This document shows, in pieces, positions 50,601-63,700 of a stretch of DNA of 64,000 nt. Numbering within the stretch: the stretch's first letter is position 1; each line of letters starts with the position of its first letter. A model generated the notes under the pieces. That model was not told the origin of the DNA and did no database searches. It was given only the letters and a program-made list of their open reading frames with translations. The stretch is from Dimorphilus gyrociliatus (Eukaryota; Animalia; Annelida): NCBI GenBank assembly GCA_904063045.1, contig CAJFCJ010000026.1:412964-476963 (forward strand). The letters run 5' to 3'. The translations under genes were made by a program, and so were the position numbers.

Positions 50601-51899
50601 CACATTAAAAAACACATGTAATGATTCACTATTTAGCAAGTGTTTGAGACATTGTTGGAGACAAAAACATCCATACATCCTTAATTAATTAGTTTGTCAT
50701 TAAATTTTCTTTGAAGAAGTACTTGTAATTCCATTCTATTCCAGTGGAGTATGCATTATCCTTCCCTGAATGTTGGAAAAACTATAAATTCAGAGTAAAT
50801 TTCTAAAGTAATGTTAGAGAGAAGAAAATTTGACCATTTAAGGATATACACAGTGATAGCATAGGTCAACCCTTAGTTTGTCACATATCATCTGTCTTTT
50901 TTTCAATATTGCTTGCTTTCTGATTTGTGATAATTTCTAGGAAACTAAAAGTTATTGACACAAAATAACATGTTTGTATGGATATTTAATAATTTCGACT
51001 GGTTCTTATCGTGATAAATATATTAAAATATTTTACGTATTAAGGAAACCACACTAAAGTATGGTTCTCACTACAATGAAACATTTAAGAGTATGGTTTT
51101 CTTTTTTAAAGATAACACTGGAACAAAATAAAAATTTTTTAACAAACACGATTATTAAATATGTATTCGTTAAAAACAGGAAGCCATACTTTTCACTAAA
51201 GCATATGTTACACTAAAAGACAACTGTAAGGTATAGTTTGGAATTCTCAATAGGAACCACTCAAAAATATTTCAACAGATTATTTTTAGTTCAAATTTTT
51301 ATAAACAGGTATCTTATTCCACAAGAAAGTGTTTTACTTCAGGGAATTCCAATAGAATGGGTTTCCTGTCTTAGAAAACATTTCATTGTAGTCTGGTTCT
51401 TATTCGGAATTATTTAGATTGTCTTTATCTCATTTAGTTACTTTTTTTCTGAGCATTGTTGAAAGACATTCTTTAATGTATGTTTATGATATTTAACAAC
51501 ATTAAATAAAACAACATGTTTTTCTAAGCTTAAAGCTAGTTTGACAAGCTAGTTTTGAGAGACAGGTACCATATTAAAATGTTTGAAAAACATTTTCATG
51601 AAGTGTCTTATTGGCCAGGAACCACACTACAATATGTGCGGCTTGTGTTTGAAAGAAATACAAACTATCTGTACCGTTTGTAAGGGGTTCCAGATTAAAA
51701 CGAAATGAAATGTTTTAAGCAAAATGTGTACGACGGGGACCTGTCTATAAAAATATTTTCTATTCATTTCAAAAGTAAGGAAAAAAAAAAGATAATTTAT
51801 TCATAAATTTAAATAATGTATTCACATATCAAAGTTAAGGAAATTGAATTGTCTTAACCATAAAATAGTCTCAAACCTTAGATCTTTTTCACCATCTTT

Positions 51900-52110
51900 A
51901 TTCCTTGTCAAAAAAATGAGTGATTTTTCTTCAGAATATCAATTATTCAATTTAAAAAGTTATCATCAGTAAATTGGTGAAAAAAGATTGACAGCCATTG
52001 CATTTGGCATAGACATAATCCTGACAGTCACTGCATTTCATCTTTCCCTGTCTGCCATATCTTTTTAATACAGTTAATACAAACAGGTGCCAAGACTACA
52101 TTTCTGCAAA
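51900..52110 (-). pseudogene. Frameshifted PHD-finger-like remnant
   Basis: Minus strand PVCINCIKKIWQTG(fs)KMKCSDCQDYVYAKCNG. Confidence 0.45.
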
Positions 52111-55100
52111 AAATAATTTACCAGGAAAGAAAGTTTGTTTGAAAATTGTATAATCTGGTAATATTCAATTCACCAATTCAATAGAAAGAGTATCAATGCT
52201 TAAAAATACAAATGACCCAGAAAAGAGTCTTTTTTTTTAATATGTACAATAAATTTAGACAATTTCTCTTTTAATAGAATTACATTTCATTGTGTTGTAT
52301 GTAAAAGAAAATACAATACTCCACAGGGGAACCAGTCTAAAATATACTCAATCTATGTGTAATATGTGTTGAAATAGTTTTAAGACTGTAATTTTCCCTG
52401 AAACTATTGGAAGCACTCTAAATTCTATTATTACATAAAATATACAAATATGGACTTCAGTTTTGTTGTTTTGAGGAGAATAGGAGACCACACTAGACTT
52501 TTTCTTTAACCTATTTTAGAGTGGCTGTGAAATGTAGTATAGAGCCAGTCTACTTCCGTTCTAATTTTAAACTTTTCCATTGTATTTTTTAATTAAAAAA
52601 TAACTTTTTTAAAAATAATTTTCTAAAGTATATCAATACCAGTTTTCATCCGACGTACTCTTTTAAACGGTAACCATACTAATATATACTGTATATTAAG
52701 GGTTTTTTTTCTGAACCAGACTGAAGACTTTACAATTCTTTTTATAAATTTAATTATTTCTTTAAAAAGAAAATCAAACTTTTAAATATAATATTCCAGT
52801 CAAGTCTGAATATCTGTAGCGAAACTATTTTCCCTAGTTCATTTAAAAGGAAAGGGGCAAGAACCACACTAAAATACAAAATAAATTTTTGAAAGAGGGG
52901 ACAGAAACCATACTACACAGTACCTATGAAAATTTGCAATCTGTTTGGAATAGGTACCATCTTAAAAATATTTTTTGGAATAGTGTAATATTTTTTAAAA
53001 GATTCATATTATTCTTAAAGAAATATGGAATACTTTTAAAGTGAACCACACTATTATGAAAAAGTATTACAGTTAACAAAATCCACATGTATTTTTATAT
53101 TAAAAATAGAATATGTTTTTACATTAGTATGGTCCCCGTTTCTAAAAAAGTGTAACAAAAAATGGTTTTCCATTGATAAGCACTCTAGAAAACGCTTTAG
53201 TGTATATAAAAAATAAACCATTGTAATGTGGTTCCCGTCCGAAAGAAAAATACATTATAGAATAGGAAGGCCAGTGTTTTTTAAAAAGTCCTTTTTGATG
53301 ATATTTCCTCTAGTGTGGTTTCTATTCAACAAACAAAGAAAATTTTCTTTAAATGTGGTTCCCGCCATATATTTGAACTTTATTATTCTGAAACCACAAA
53401 AAAAACTTAGGATAGTAACCACATTAAATCTCTCAATTCAAAATGAACATTAGTGAGGTTCATGTCCAAGACAAATTAAAAAAGTATGGTTATTATTTTT
53501 TTGCTTTATATCAGAAAATAACAAAAACTTAGTGTGGTTCTGGTCCCGAGGAAAAGAAAAGTACATTTAAAAATTATTCTAGTATATTTTTCAAGCTGGA
53601 AAAGGTTAATATAAAATCTTTACCATAATAGTTCGCATCGTCTTAGTGTGGTTTCCCATCACATTTGTATTTTATATAGAATATAGAAATTAATTAACAC
53701 AGATTGTTCTCTATTTTTTTTTTTAAAGAAAAACTCTAAAATAATGTTATTAATCTTTAATAAGTTACTCTTTTTTATGTTGTTTACCAGGAGAACCATA
53801 CTAACAATATTAACATTTTTAAGGTTTTTAGTATGGTTCCTTTTTTTAAAAAAAACTGTGTTTTATAGTGGTTCCTTACCAAAAAAAAATTTTTTGTGTG
53901 ATTATGATTCTCTTTATGGAACAGGAACAGGAATCATACTACAAAATTCTTTATAAAATTTTAGACAAAATTTTCTTCCTGGGAACAAGAACCACATTAG
54001 AGTTGTGTTTTTGTTGTTTCTGTTCTACACTAAGATATATTTTTGACAGTGTTGGCTCTTTTTTAAGAGATGCATCATAATGAATACAAATGAGTAATGT
54101 AAAACTTTAAAGAAAAACCAGACTAACATACTATTTTTTCAAATACCTCTTTTTATTTAGAAAGTATTTTTGCTTGATGTGGCCATTATACTAGGAATGG
54201 AAGAAAGGCAGCATTCAGCATTAGCAGTTTGCTAGAGAACCACACTAATGAAAATTTTAAATATTTAGAATTTTATTTTGGATGTGTGTTTTCTTCTACA
54301 TTTTAAAAGGCATTCTTTTTGGGGGGACTAGAACCACACTATGTTATTATGAAAAATACTAGTATTCATCTTTATATGTACTTTTAAAAGCACATTACAA
54401 AACATTAAAAATTGTTTGGTTTGTTTTAATTTTTTCATGAGAAACCACATTAGCAAACAATTTTGATTTTATTGTTTTTATGTTGTTTTTGTATGAATAA
54501 TAACATTTATAATAAACATTTGGAACCATACATATGTATTTTTGAACTATATCTTAAATCATATTTTAAAATGTGCTTTCTTTAAATTTAATGTCTGGAT
54601 CCACATGAGAATGTTTTAAATAAAAAGACATATTGAAACACAATTTTTTTAATACATGTATTTGTGGAGAGGAAGGGAAGAGGAACCATATTAGAAAACT
54701 TTTCTTTTTTGAATTATGGCTAGGTGATAAATTAATTGTTTGGTAAGGGAGCCACACTAAAACACTTTTTTATGTAGTGTTCTAAAAAAATTTAAGGAAC
54801 CACACTTTTTAATGTGTCTTTTTTGAAGGGGAACAGGAACCACACTGACTCAATTCATTATAAAAGAGCTAGGCATTCACCAATTTCATCAGTTGCATTT
54901 AGCTCTCAAGTCAAGAGTTAAATGAACTATCAGACAAAATCAAGAAAGTTCTTGATTATTGTCTGATAAATATTTATAGTTTACTATAAATCTAGCAGAT
55001 GATATGAATGTGGCCAAAATATCAATAAAAGAGAAAGTCTTTGACTCTTTGATTATAGTCTGACAAACTATCAATTTTTGACAAACCACACTTTTTAAGA

Positions 55101-56202
55101 AAAAGTGTTGGGTACATGAAAATAAATTTTAACTTATTAATAGAATTTTTCTTCCATCCAAATGTCTTAATAAGTAATAAATAACCAAGCTTATTTATTA
55201 TATATTTTGTTACTAGACGTCACCACTAGCTCTGTCAAGGTCAAAAAAAACATGGTTTTTACTTTATATATATATTAATATATTTAACACAACTAATAAT
55301 GTTGAATTATAGTAGTGTTTTACTAAAGTGGAGGTTATCTTTAATTTCATTTAGAGCAACTGACAAACTCTATAAATAAGAGTTTATCAATAGTGTTTGG
55401 TAATGTAGCTACCAAATTCAAAGTTATTTTTACTTGTTTAATAAACAATAATTAAATGTAGCTATATTTAAAAGAGTTCAAAGATTGTCATTGAGAAAAA
55501 TCTTTATTCTCATTTGTGTTTCATGTAACCTACACATTGTTGGTGACCTTTACAAGTTGTAAAGGTTATCTACTCTCTCTCTCTCTCTCTCTGCTCTCAA
55601 TATAGTGTAGGCTACTAAAATTCTGTGACATTGTTAGCAGATTTTTCAAATGTTTAAAGAGTCTAGTGACTCTAAAGATTATATACTTGTTTAAAGTGTG
55701 GTTCCCCGCTCTTTTAAGATTTTTATATTAGTTTTTATGGATTACTCTAAATAGGATAATCTAACCTGGTAGGAGAAAAGTTTTTTAATGGTTCTTCTAT
55801 ATTTTTTTGGATTTCTCAATCTCTTGAAAGATTACATCTTTTAAATTTAACTAAGTCTGTCTACTAATTTGGATTATAATCAATTTGTAGATTTAATTAA
55901 ACTGGTTCTCGCTAATTCTCTACTTTACAGATTGTTTTTCAAAGCCTTAACAGCTGTTGTTTTTCTTAAAAATTCATTACATCTTTGAACATAAATTACT
56001 TAGTTGGTAATGCATTTCTTGTTCAAATTGGCTAGTTATCAATGTGCTTTTTGATTAAACCTTGAAAGAAGTTTGAGATTGTCTTCACCAATTTGGGATG
56101 AGATTTTGGGTTGGGAAAAGTATTTAAGCAATTGGTTTGTAATTAGATTAGTCCAAACTAGGGCTTAGGAACAATAAAACCCGGAATAAAGGATCCAGAG
56201 CT

Positions 56203-56230
56203 GGGTTAGGGTTAGGGTTAAGGTTAGGGT
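56203..56230 (+). repeat. Short interstitial telomere-like tract (TTAGGG)x4, one variant unit
   Basis: gggttagggttagggttaaggttagggt. Confidence 0.8.
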
Positions 56231-56520
56231 CAGAGTTTTCAACAACATACCATAAACATTATACCAGTTTTTAAATGTCAACATATTCATCAAATGCTAA
56301 TATTATAGATTATGTAACATACTGAATCAGTTTGTTCAACATTGAAACATGAATATAGGGAAAAACACATGTCCTTTGCTAGTTATGCGGACAGGTAACC
56401 ACATTAATTTTTTCATGTGAATTTTTTTTAATTTTTGTTTCTCCATTATTCACCCCAAAAAACAGGAAATTTTAAACTTTTTAAGTTTAATTGACAAAAA
56501 TGTATATATTAAAAATCGCA

Positions 56521-56535
56521 ACTAGAGGGCGCTGT
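56521..56535 (+). promoter_or_regulatory. Strong CTCF-like site
   Basis: actagagggcgctg closely matches CTCF consensus YAGRKGGCGC. Confidence 0.6.
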
Positions 56536-57849
56536 AAGTTTTATACATTTTCACAGTACTTGTAATTAAATAAAAATTTCCATGTTTTACATGAAAATAC
56601 TTAACTTTCTAATCACAATAATTACAATATTAATGAATTAATTATTTTAATTAATCAATTAAACTAAAAAAAAATAGTAGACAAACCAACAGCCAATAAG
56701 AGCTCGTGTTACAAAAAAAAAATATGTAGTATAAAATATTATGGGAGCTCAGTCCTTGTCCTGGATATTGGACAGGCAACAAGTGTTTAATCTGGAATAA
56801 TGTTGGTTTTTCTACGTTAAAATGATAGATTTTCTTAAACATTTTTTCCTAAAAACTAGAAATTTTTATTGTCTTTTTGATGTGTGCTCTTAAAATTTGG
56901 ATAGAGTGCTTTTAGAATGTTGAATTTATTAAAAACTTTTTGTTTATATCTATTTAAGTTGAAAGTTTGATTCAATATTAATAAATACAATTAGTTCTTT
57001 AATTAATATTTCAAAATTTAATTAATAATTTATTAATCAAAATCTATTGTGTAAACATATTAAAAAATTTGAGCGAAAATAGGTGGATTTTTCGTTAATG
57101 CAATGTATACTGATCGCTGATTGGTCGAGAGCGATTAGCCACTGTATATAAGTCGGTGAATTTGGCATATCAAGTCACATCGGTTTCGAGATAGAACCTA
57201 AAATCTCAAGCTCAATTTTTACCCCTTACACCTATTCTATTCCCAAAATTCTGTTTCTCTCGGGAAACAGAAGATAATTGCTGATGATGATTAATTTCAT
57301 CTCCAATGCGTGAGCTAATTTCTATTATGAACAAAATTCTGATTTTCTAAGTACTCCAGAAGATAAACAATCTAGGTCATTTAAACCTTATTGTTTACAT
57401 TTATCAATTTCAACTTCCAACAAAGTCTTTTCTTTTTGGGATTAAAATTTTGTCTTCAATAGAAGGCCTGATTAAAAAAGAACCAAGAAACAAACCGACT
57501 GTTTGGTCTCATTATCTATCTGTTTCGATATCGAAAATTAAATATTATTTTTCTCATTGAAAATCATGAAAAGTTTCTTTTAACTTTGATTTTTTTTTTA
57601 ATGTTTTTTTTTTTTAAAAAAAAAACTCAAGTTTTTCAAAAACTTGATTTTTGTGTTTTCAATGTTTTTTTTGTTCATTTGAACCTCTTTTGTTTTTTGG
57701 TTTGTTCAAAAAAATGATAATATTCCATTGACATTTGTTTCTTTGATTGTGTCATCTTATTTTTGAAGAAGATTAACCTATTTAAATATGATATTTATTT
57801 AAATGAGATCAAAATAATTATGAATATTAAAAAGGTTAAAAAACAAACA

Positions 57850-58600
57850 CTTGTTTGTGATTGGTTATCTCCTATATGCAAAAATTTTGAACTAACCAAT
57901 CATAGCTATCAGTTTCTTTAATTTATTATAAAAGGTTATTCGTGATTGGTCGACGTCTATAGTAGACAAATTTAAACAGATAATTTACATAATAACTGCC
58001 ATTGGTAGACGAGTGTTGTTTAAACGTTTCTATTGGTCGGCTGAGAGTTGCCGTATTAACGTTGAGAAAAGGTTGTTTGTCTTTGTTTAGAGGTTCGCGC
58101 CATTAAATTCCGTATTAAAACATTGTGTAATTGTATTGTATCATAAACTGAGAGTTGCCTTACAAACGTTGAAAAATGTCTCTATAACATTTCTGATTGG
58201 TTGATAGGATTTCTCTTTTTTTTTTTTAATTAAAGCCATTGTTTTTCATTAATTAAAACTTTATATTTTGGATGGCTGAGAGTTGCTGTATCAACGTTGA
58301 AAACCGTCTATTATTTTTTTTGATTGGTCCAATCCATTTTCCAGACCTGTAGATTTTCATAATTTCAAATTTTTAAATGGACCTTTGTAATTGGATGGTT
58401 GAGTTGTTTAATTTGAATATTTGTAAGAGGCTATTGTGATTTGTTCGCCAAAAATTGCTTGTTTAGAAATTATAAAAGGCAATTATTGATTGGTCGGCTA
58501 AGATTTTGTTTTTTTACTAGACTTAGTAACAATACATCGTGATTGGTCGACAGTGAGTTCTATCATCTAATTTTTTAAAAGTCTATGGTGATTGGTCGGG
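57850..58600 (+). promoter_or_regulatory. Array of ~10 CCAAT (NF-Y-like) boxes, mostly as GATTGGTCG, within a degenerate tandem repeat
   Basis: gattgg/attgg at ~57858, 57944, 58001, 58032, 58195, 58322, 58390, 58488, 58540, 58590; ctgagagttgc followed by aacgttga three times (~58041, 58149, 58277). Confidence 0.6.
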
Positions 58601-61600
58601 CTTGGTTTCTTGTCCCATTTTCCTGACAGTCTAATCTCATATAAGGCAGAGTGTTGTTCACAATGGAATCATTCATCTCTCTAACCCTCTCTGGGAGAGA
58701 TAAAAATGCAAAGAAATGAAGTCAAGTTGGTAGAGTTTACTATCCTGCCAACTTGTATTTCATTTTTATTAATTCTAAGTGTTTCTTAATTGATTGCTTT
58801 AAACAAAGAAATTTTTTTTTTCTGATAATCCATTATTCCTAATGGATTAATTCTGATTGATTAAAAATCACATGCATATTTTTTTTGTTTGAACATTGTT
58901 CAAGCTTGCTATACTATTAACATATTTCCTCAAAATTTGAATAAAACATGTGATACTTGGCCTGAAGTTATGATATGTTTGAATATTTTTGCCTTGACAT
59001 ATATTTATTTATATTCCATTTGACATGTCGGCATAATTTGCTGTTGATAAACTTTAGTCTTCATTATTGATTGTTTGGGAAAATATCTCAACCAATCAAT
59101 CAAACTCAATTAATGAAGAAGAAGAAGTAAACAACATGGATTTTTGGATTGCCCTTTTAAACAATTTAATAAGAACTGGGTCCACACTACTGTAAAATGA
59201 TGCTGTTTTTTAAGGAAAGATTCAATTTTGACTAGAGATGCAACTGTTTTTCATCCTTATCATTTTTATCTTCTCCTCAGGATAGCAATGAATTATCTTT
59301 GTCTGAAACCATAGAAAAATATGATACAATCCTTTTAAAAAGCCATCACCAATTTTCTTTGTGGCTTATTTGTTTGTTTGTTTGTTTGTTTTTTCACTCT
59401 GAATGCTTAGTCATTTATTAACAAAAAAAGAGAGCAGCATTTTTTAAAATGAAAACAGAGAATTTATTGTTTCAGGGCTGCAATTTTGAAAACTTCTGTT
59501 TGTTTGTTAGTTTCTTTTGATAGCATGAAAAAAGTTTCAAAACTGTTGAATTAGTTTACAAAACACACTTTTCAAGGTTCAATTGATTGTTTGTTACCAA
59601 AATTAATACATATTTGTTGTTATTTCCTTTTGCTGTAGTTGTAGATTTCGTGAGTATTTGTGGAGCTATAACATGTGATGAAAGGAAAATGATTATTTGA
59701 GAGAGAGAGAGTAGTTAGAATTGATTTCACATCCAAAATCAAAGAGAGAAGTGTTGTTTTAAATGCCCAACTCTAGATTGGATCTAGATGATTTATTGGA
59801 TTTATGAATCCATCAAAGTGTTTTTGCGAGCTGGGGATTGAGAATCTATATCAATTTTTTTGGGCAGTAACGGAAATTTTGCCTCTGCGGTTAACTAACA
59901 AACAAACGAACACCTAAAAACAGTACCACTGATTTATTATTCTATATGCTTAATTATGTCTAACGCAAGAAAAGCATTGAGAAAAATATTAGAGATAAGA
60001 AATAGCAAGATGTTGAATAATCTTCCATTTGTATCAGTGAGATAAATAAAATACTAAAAGCAAAAAAATGGTCGTCTATGGGGCTTGGAGTAAATGCAAA
60101 AAGTCACTGTTCCAATTATATTGTCACTGTGTCAAACTATTCTGGGATGTTCCATTTTTTCTGTCGATTACTTTATTATCCAAAATTTTGTCATCATCTT
60201 GAAATCTTTATTATAACTGCCTTTCAAGTTAGGGTTAGGTTAAGATAATTCCATCGCTAGGCATCATCAAAGAGATAGAGGGAAAAGTTGATCATGAAGT
60301 TCATTTTCAAGATCATATCTTCCTACGACAGTGAATGAATTATTAAGGAATTTTTTCTTGTATCTATTATCGCCCACAGTTTATTTCTTTGTAAAAATCT
60401 ATCTTGTACAAATATTATAGAGGAGTTTGAAAAATTGTATCGACTTTTTTGTGTAGTTAATATTCTCATCAAAATACTCTTCTTATTAAAATTTAATTGA
60501 TTTGTCACGTGACAGGACGAAATATTGTTCAATGGAAGTATTCAACTAAAATATTGTCTGAGAGTGATGGGAAAAAAACGGGATAAAAAACTCGCCGCAA
60601 TTTTCCGTACGCACGTTATATGGAAACGTAGTTTATTAATTTTTTTTCAATAAAAATCATTTTAAAATACCAATCTTGAATTATCGCTCATTGTAAATTT
60701 ATCTATTGGACGGGGGGGGACCAGTTTAATAAGGGAGGACGGGGGAATGGGAGACCAGTTTTTATATTAATTTTCACGCGCTAATGTGTATATAAGGTAA
60801 AAAAAATTTGTATAAGGGAAGTTATAATTGAATTGGACCTAGTTCGATAACCTCTTATTTTGAGCAGTTTCTTTAAACTGTACAATTTGTCTGTAAAAAA
60901 AAAACCTTTGACAAGGATACTACTGTTGATATCATTGTTAATGATCTGATAATATCAATTAGTATAAAGATCCCTCTCTCTCTCTAAAAACATTCTATAA
61001 TGTTTAATCAATCAATCAATCTTGATAAAAAAAAACTTCCGACATTGTATAACTTAATTTTTTTGGAGAAAAAATATCTGACATGTTCTATTTCTCTTTA
61101 TCCATTAATTTAATAAATTTGTTGGATCATTTTCATGATTCAACGAAGAAGATAAAGATTATATCTTTCCTATTATGAGGATAAGATTTAATCAATCAAT
61201 CAATCATACCTCTCATTTAGTGTTGGGACTCTACCGATTAAAAATAAAACAACCGTCCTAATGGCTTATTGCCGTTGCTATTTTATTGTTAGTTTGTTTA
61301 TTTTAAACAAACACATCTAGCCGATAATAGACGATTATATCATTTAAATTGTCTTTTATCAATTGCGATATTTTCATTTTAAAAGAAAAACCATTTGTTT
61401 GTTTGCTTGTTTATTGAGGAATGTCGATTATCTAAACAGATTGTTTTGACCGATTTAACGACCGAAACATTGAGCTGTGTTCCAATTTTTAACGCAAAAA
61501 CTCCTTTTATACAAACAACACCGTTTCTTTTTTGAATATTAAATGATAAGAATAACGGATAATCTTGATGATAGATGAAAACCGTTAAGGTAGATTCAAC

Positions 61601-62290
61601 GCAAAGTCTCTTGTGATTAATAAACGATCATAATAATGATAATAAACAAACAAACAAACAAATATATATATATATACAATGGTCAACAACCTTCTTCCCT
61701 TCTTGTTCTATTAAGAGAACAAGAAGAGAACTATTCACCGTCCTCTCCGTCTTGAACAATATTTCTGCAAAAGACGGACCCTACTTTATATATATATAGC
61801 CAACAAAAAAAAAATGTTCTTTTAAATAGAACACTTTTCTTATTTCCTTTATTCTAATAAAAGAACAACAACATTTTACCGCGACAAGTGTTCTTTTAAA
61901 AAGAAGAAGAACGTTTTAAGAAAAAACAACTAATTTAAAAAACAAAGACCAATTAATTAAGTAAATCAATCAATCAATCAATCGTTATCTTTATTGATTC
62001 AAAACTATCAAATCATCATCAAAAATATCGAGATTAAACGTCAAAAGAAACTAAAATTTGATTATGAAATAAACGTCAAATGAGCAAAACAGAGAGAAAT
62101 AGAAAAAAGTATTCAATTATCGTTAATCAATTTCAATCGAACAGAAAAAAAGAACAAAAACGTTCTATTCATTCTTTTCTTAACGAAAATGTCAAAATTT
62201 TATCGTTATTGTAAATAAAACAAATAAAACTTGATTATGAAATATTCGTCAAACGATACAAAATAAAGTTTATACTTGTAAGGCGGAAAC

Positions 62291-62307
62291 GCTTCTTCTT
62301 CTTCTTC

Positions 62308-62339
<32 letters not shown>

Positions 62340-62352
62340 ATCTTCTTCTTCT
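62291..62352. repeat. Compound (CTT)n(CGT)n(CTT)n microsatellite
   Basis: cttcttcttcttcttcttctcgtcgtcgt...catcttcttcttctc. Confidence 0.9.
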
Positions 62353-62542
62353 CGATTTTTCAACAATGTTCCAAGACAATTTCCTCTCGATTGCTCATCT
62401 TTAACTATTCGTTTAAACCGTCTCAGGTAAATGTCTCACCTGTATTTAAAATCACCCTTTTATATTAATTAAGTATCACGTGATGTTTTTTAACGAATTT
62501 AACACGTGGCTGCTAATTATACTTCTCACCTGGATAAAAGAT

Positions 62543-63097
62543 ACCCGATTTTTACGTCTATTTCAACGGAAAAATGTATTAAAATAACGAAAATATTCTT
62601 GTATAAAGCATAAAGAAGATGGAATGTTTGAAAAATACGATAAATATCCATGGAAAATACATTAAAAACGCACATGTTCCGAAAATTAATGGTCACGTGA
62701 TGAGTAATTAGCGTCAGGTAAAACGTACTCAATTAGCGTTGAGTGAGTAGTTATTCTAAGCACACGAGTATCTTTAGATATGTAAATTAAACTTTCTTTC
62801 GAATAAATTAAATAAATAAATAAACAAACAAAGAAAACAAAAACTTTTATCTGTAGTCACGTGACATTACTTTTTTTTTGTTGCTAATCAACGATAATTT
62901 ATCTAAGACACACGTGACTCCACCTGAAAAAATTTTCAATCACGTGACATTCCATTTTTAGAACATTTGCGTTTTTAAAGTATTTTCCATGGATATTTAT
63001 CGTATTTTTCAAACATTCCATCTTCTTTATGCTTTATACAAGAATATTTTCGTTATTTTAATACATTTTTCCGTTGAAATAGACGTAAAAATCGGGT
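62543..63097. repeat. 137-bp near-perfect inverted repeat with 281-bp spacer
   Basis: 62543-62679 is the reverse complement of 62961-63097 with 2 mismatches; TCACGTGA-type E-boxes at ~62476, 62692, 62855, 62910, 62939, 63127, 63155. Confidence 0.95.
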
Positions 63098-63700
63098 TTC
63101 CAAACGGCATTTGGGTAATTTTAAGGGTCACGTGATAATTGGTTAAAAAAATACCACGTGACATTAAATTTTGTATAAATAGGGCGGTTTTTCAGCAGTC
63201 AGGGCCATTAGTCGCTATCAGCGCAAAGGCCGAAGAAGAAGAAGCCTATTTTCTCTCTCCAACCCGCCCTTATAATATTATCCTCTTATCCTCACAACCT
63301 CCTCATTTTCAGAGGCTTATCACATTATCCAATAGTTTTGATGCCAATGGATTTTGAATAATTGTCTATTTACCCTTAGTTTGGCAAATAGCAATTATTA
63401 TTTTTGGAATTACCATTAAACCTAAATTAATCTCGAATAAGATAGAAATCTTTTCAAAAGAAAGAGATAAAGATTTATCATTAAGATAAAATCTTGATCA
63501 TTTTTTTTGTTTATATTAAATTCTCTTAATTCCATAGTTTTCGACCAGTTGTCATCTTTAATATATCCGTTTTGCGAATATTGTCATGATAATCCACTTG
63601 AAATATTGGATATGTTACTTTGAGATGTATTGAAACTCTTATCTTCATGATATTTGATGAATGGAAATTTAATTCCTTTTTTTTACAACATCACATCACT

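Larger units (their letters stand above)
2150..56400. repeat. Dispersed field of a degenerate 12-20 bp motif (GG-N3/4-GGAACCAYACTA / TAGTRTGGTTCCYRTYCC, with CAGTCTA, CATATTA, CACATTA variants) separated by unique AT-rich spacers
   Basis: Seen directly, e.g. ggacaggaaccactct (~2190), ggaaacaggaaccatacta (~4499), tagtatggttccgt (~3839), ctagtgtggttc (22341), ggacaggaaccacatta (~48727). About 40 copies counted by eye in 2150-5320 alone. Dense blocks also at ~60-400, 9720-10030, 13950-15920, 16700-19900, 21190-26330, 32750-33250, 34760-38060, 40460-43250, 45100-45890, 47700-55100. Confidence 0.95.

Noticed and set aside
56203-56230. True chromosome end
   Set aside because: Only four units, with 7.7 kb of complex sequence distal
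2150-56400. CRISPR array (repeat plus unique spacer appearance)
   Set aside because: Repeats are short, degenerate, in both orientations and irregularly spaced; spacers are low-complexity AT; no cas genes; eukaryotic context
2150-56400. tRNA genes or tRNA-SINEs (GGTTCCTGTCC resembles B-box GGTTCGANTCC; TAGTRTGG resembles an A-box)
   Set aside because: The invariant B-box GA is absent, there is no A/B spacing or cloverleaf, and flanks are not conserved
2150-56400. Simple RUNX (AACCACA) or Grainyhead (AACCAGT) site cluster
   Set aside because: These fit only single variants; AACCATA is equally common and the conserved upstream GG and terminal TA are unexplained
62280-62420. Minus-strand acidic/NLS peptide (EEEDDDDDDDDEKKKKKK) from the microsatellite
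   Set aside because: The frame has an upstream stop right after the candidate acceptor and no ATG
457-63357. Most 60-130 aa ORFs in the supplied track; also an endogenous giant virus or prokaryotic origin
   Set aside because: F/K/I/L/N-rich translations typical of AT-rich non-coding DNA; no viral hallmark genes, low coding density, spliceosomal introns present
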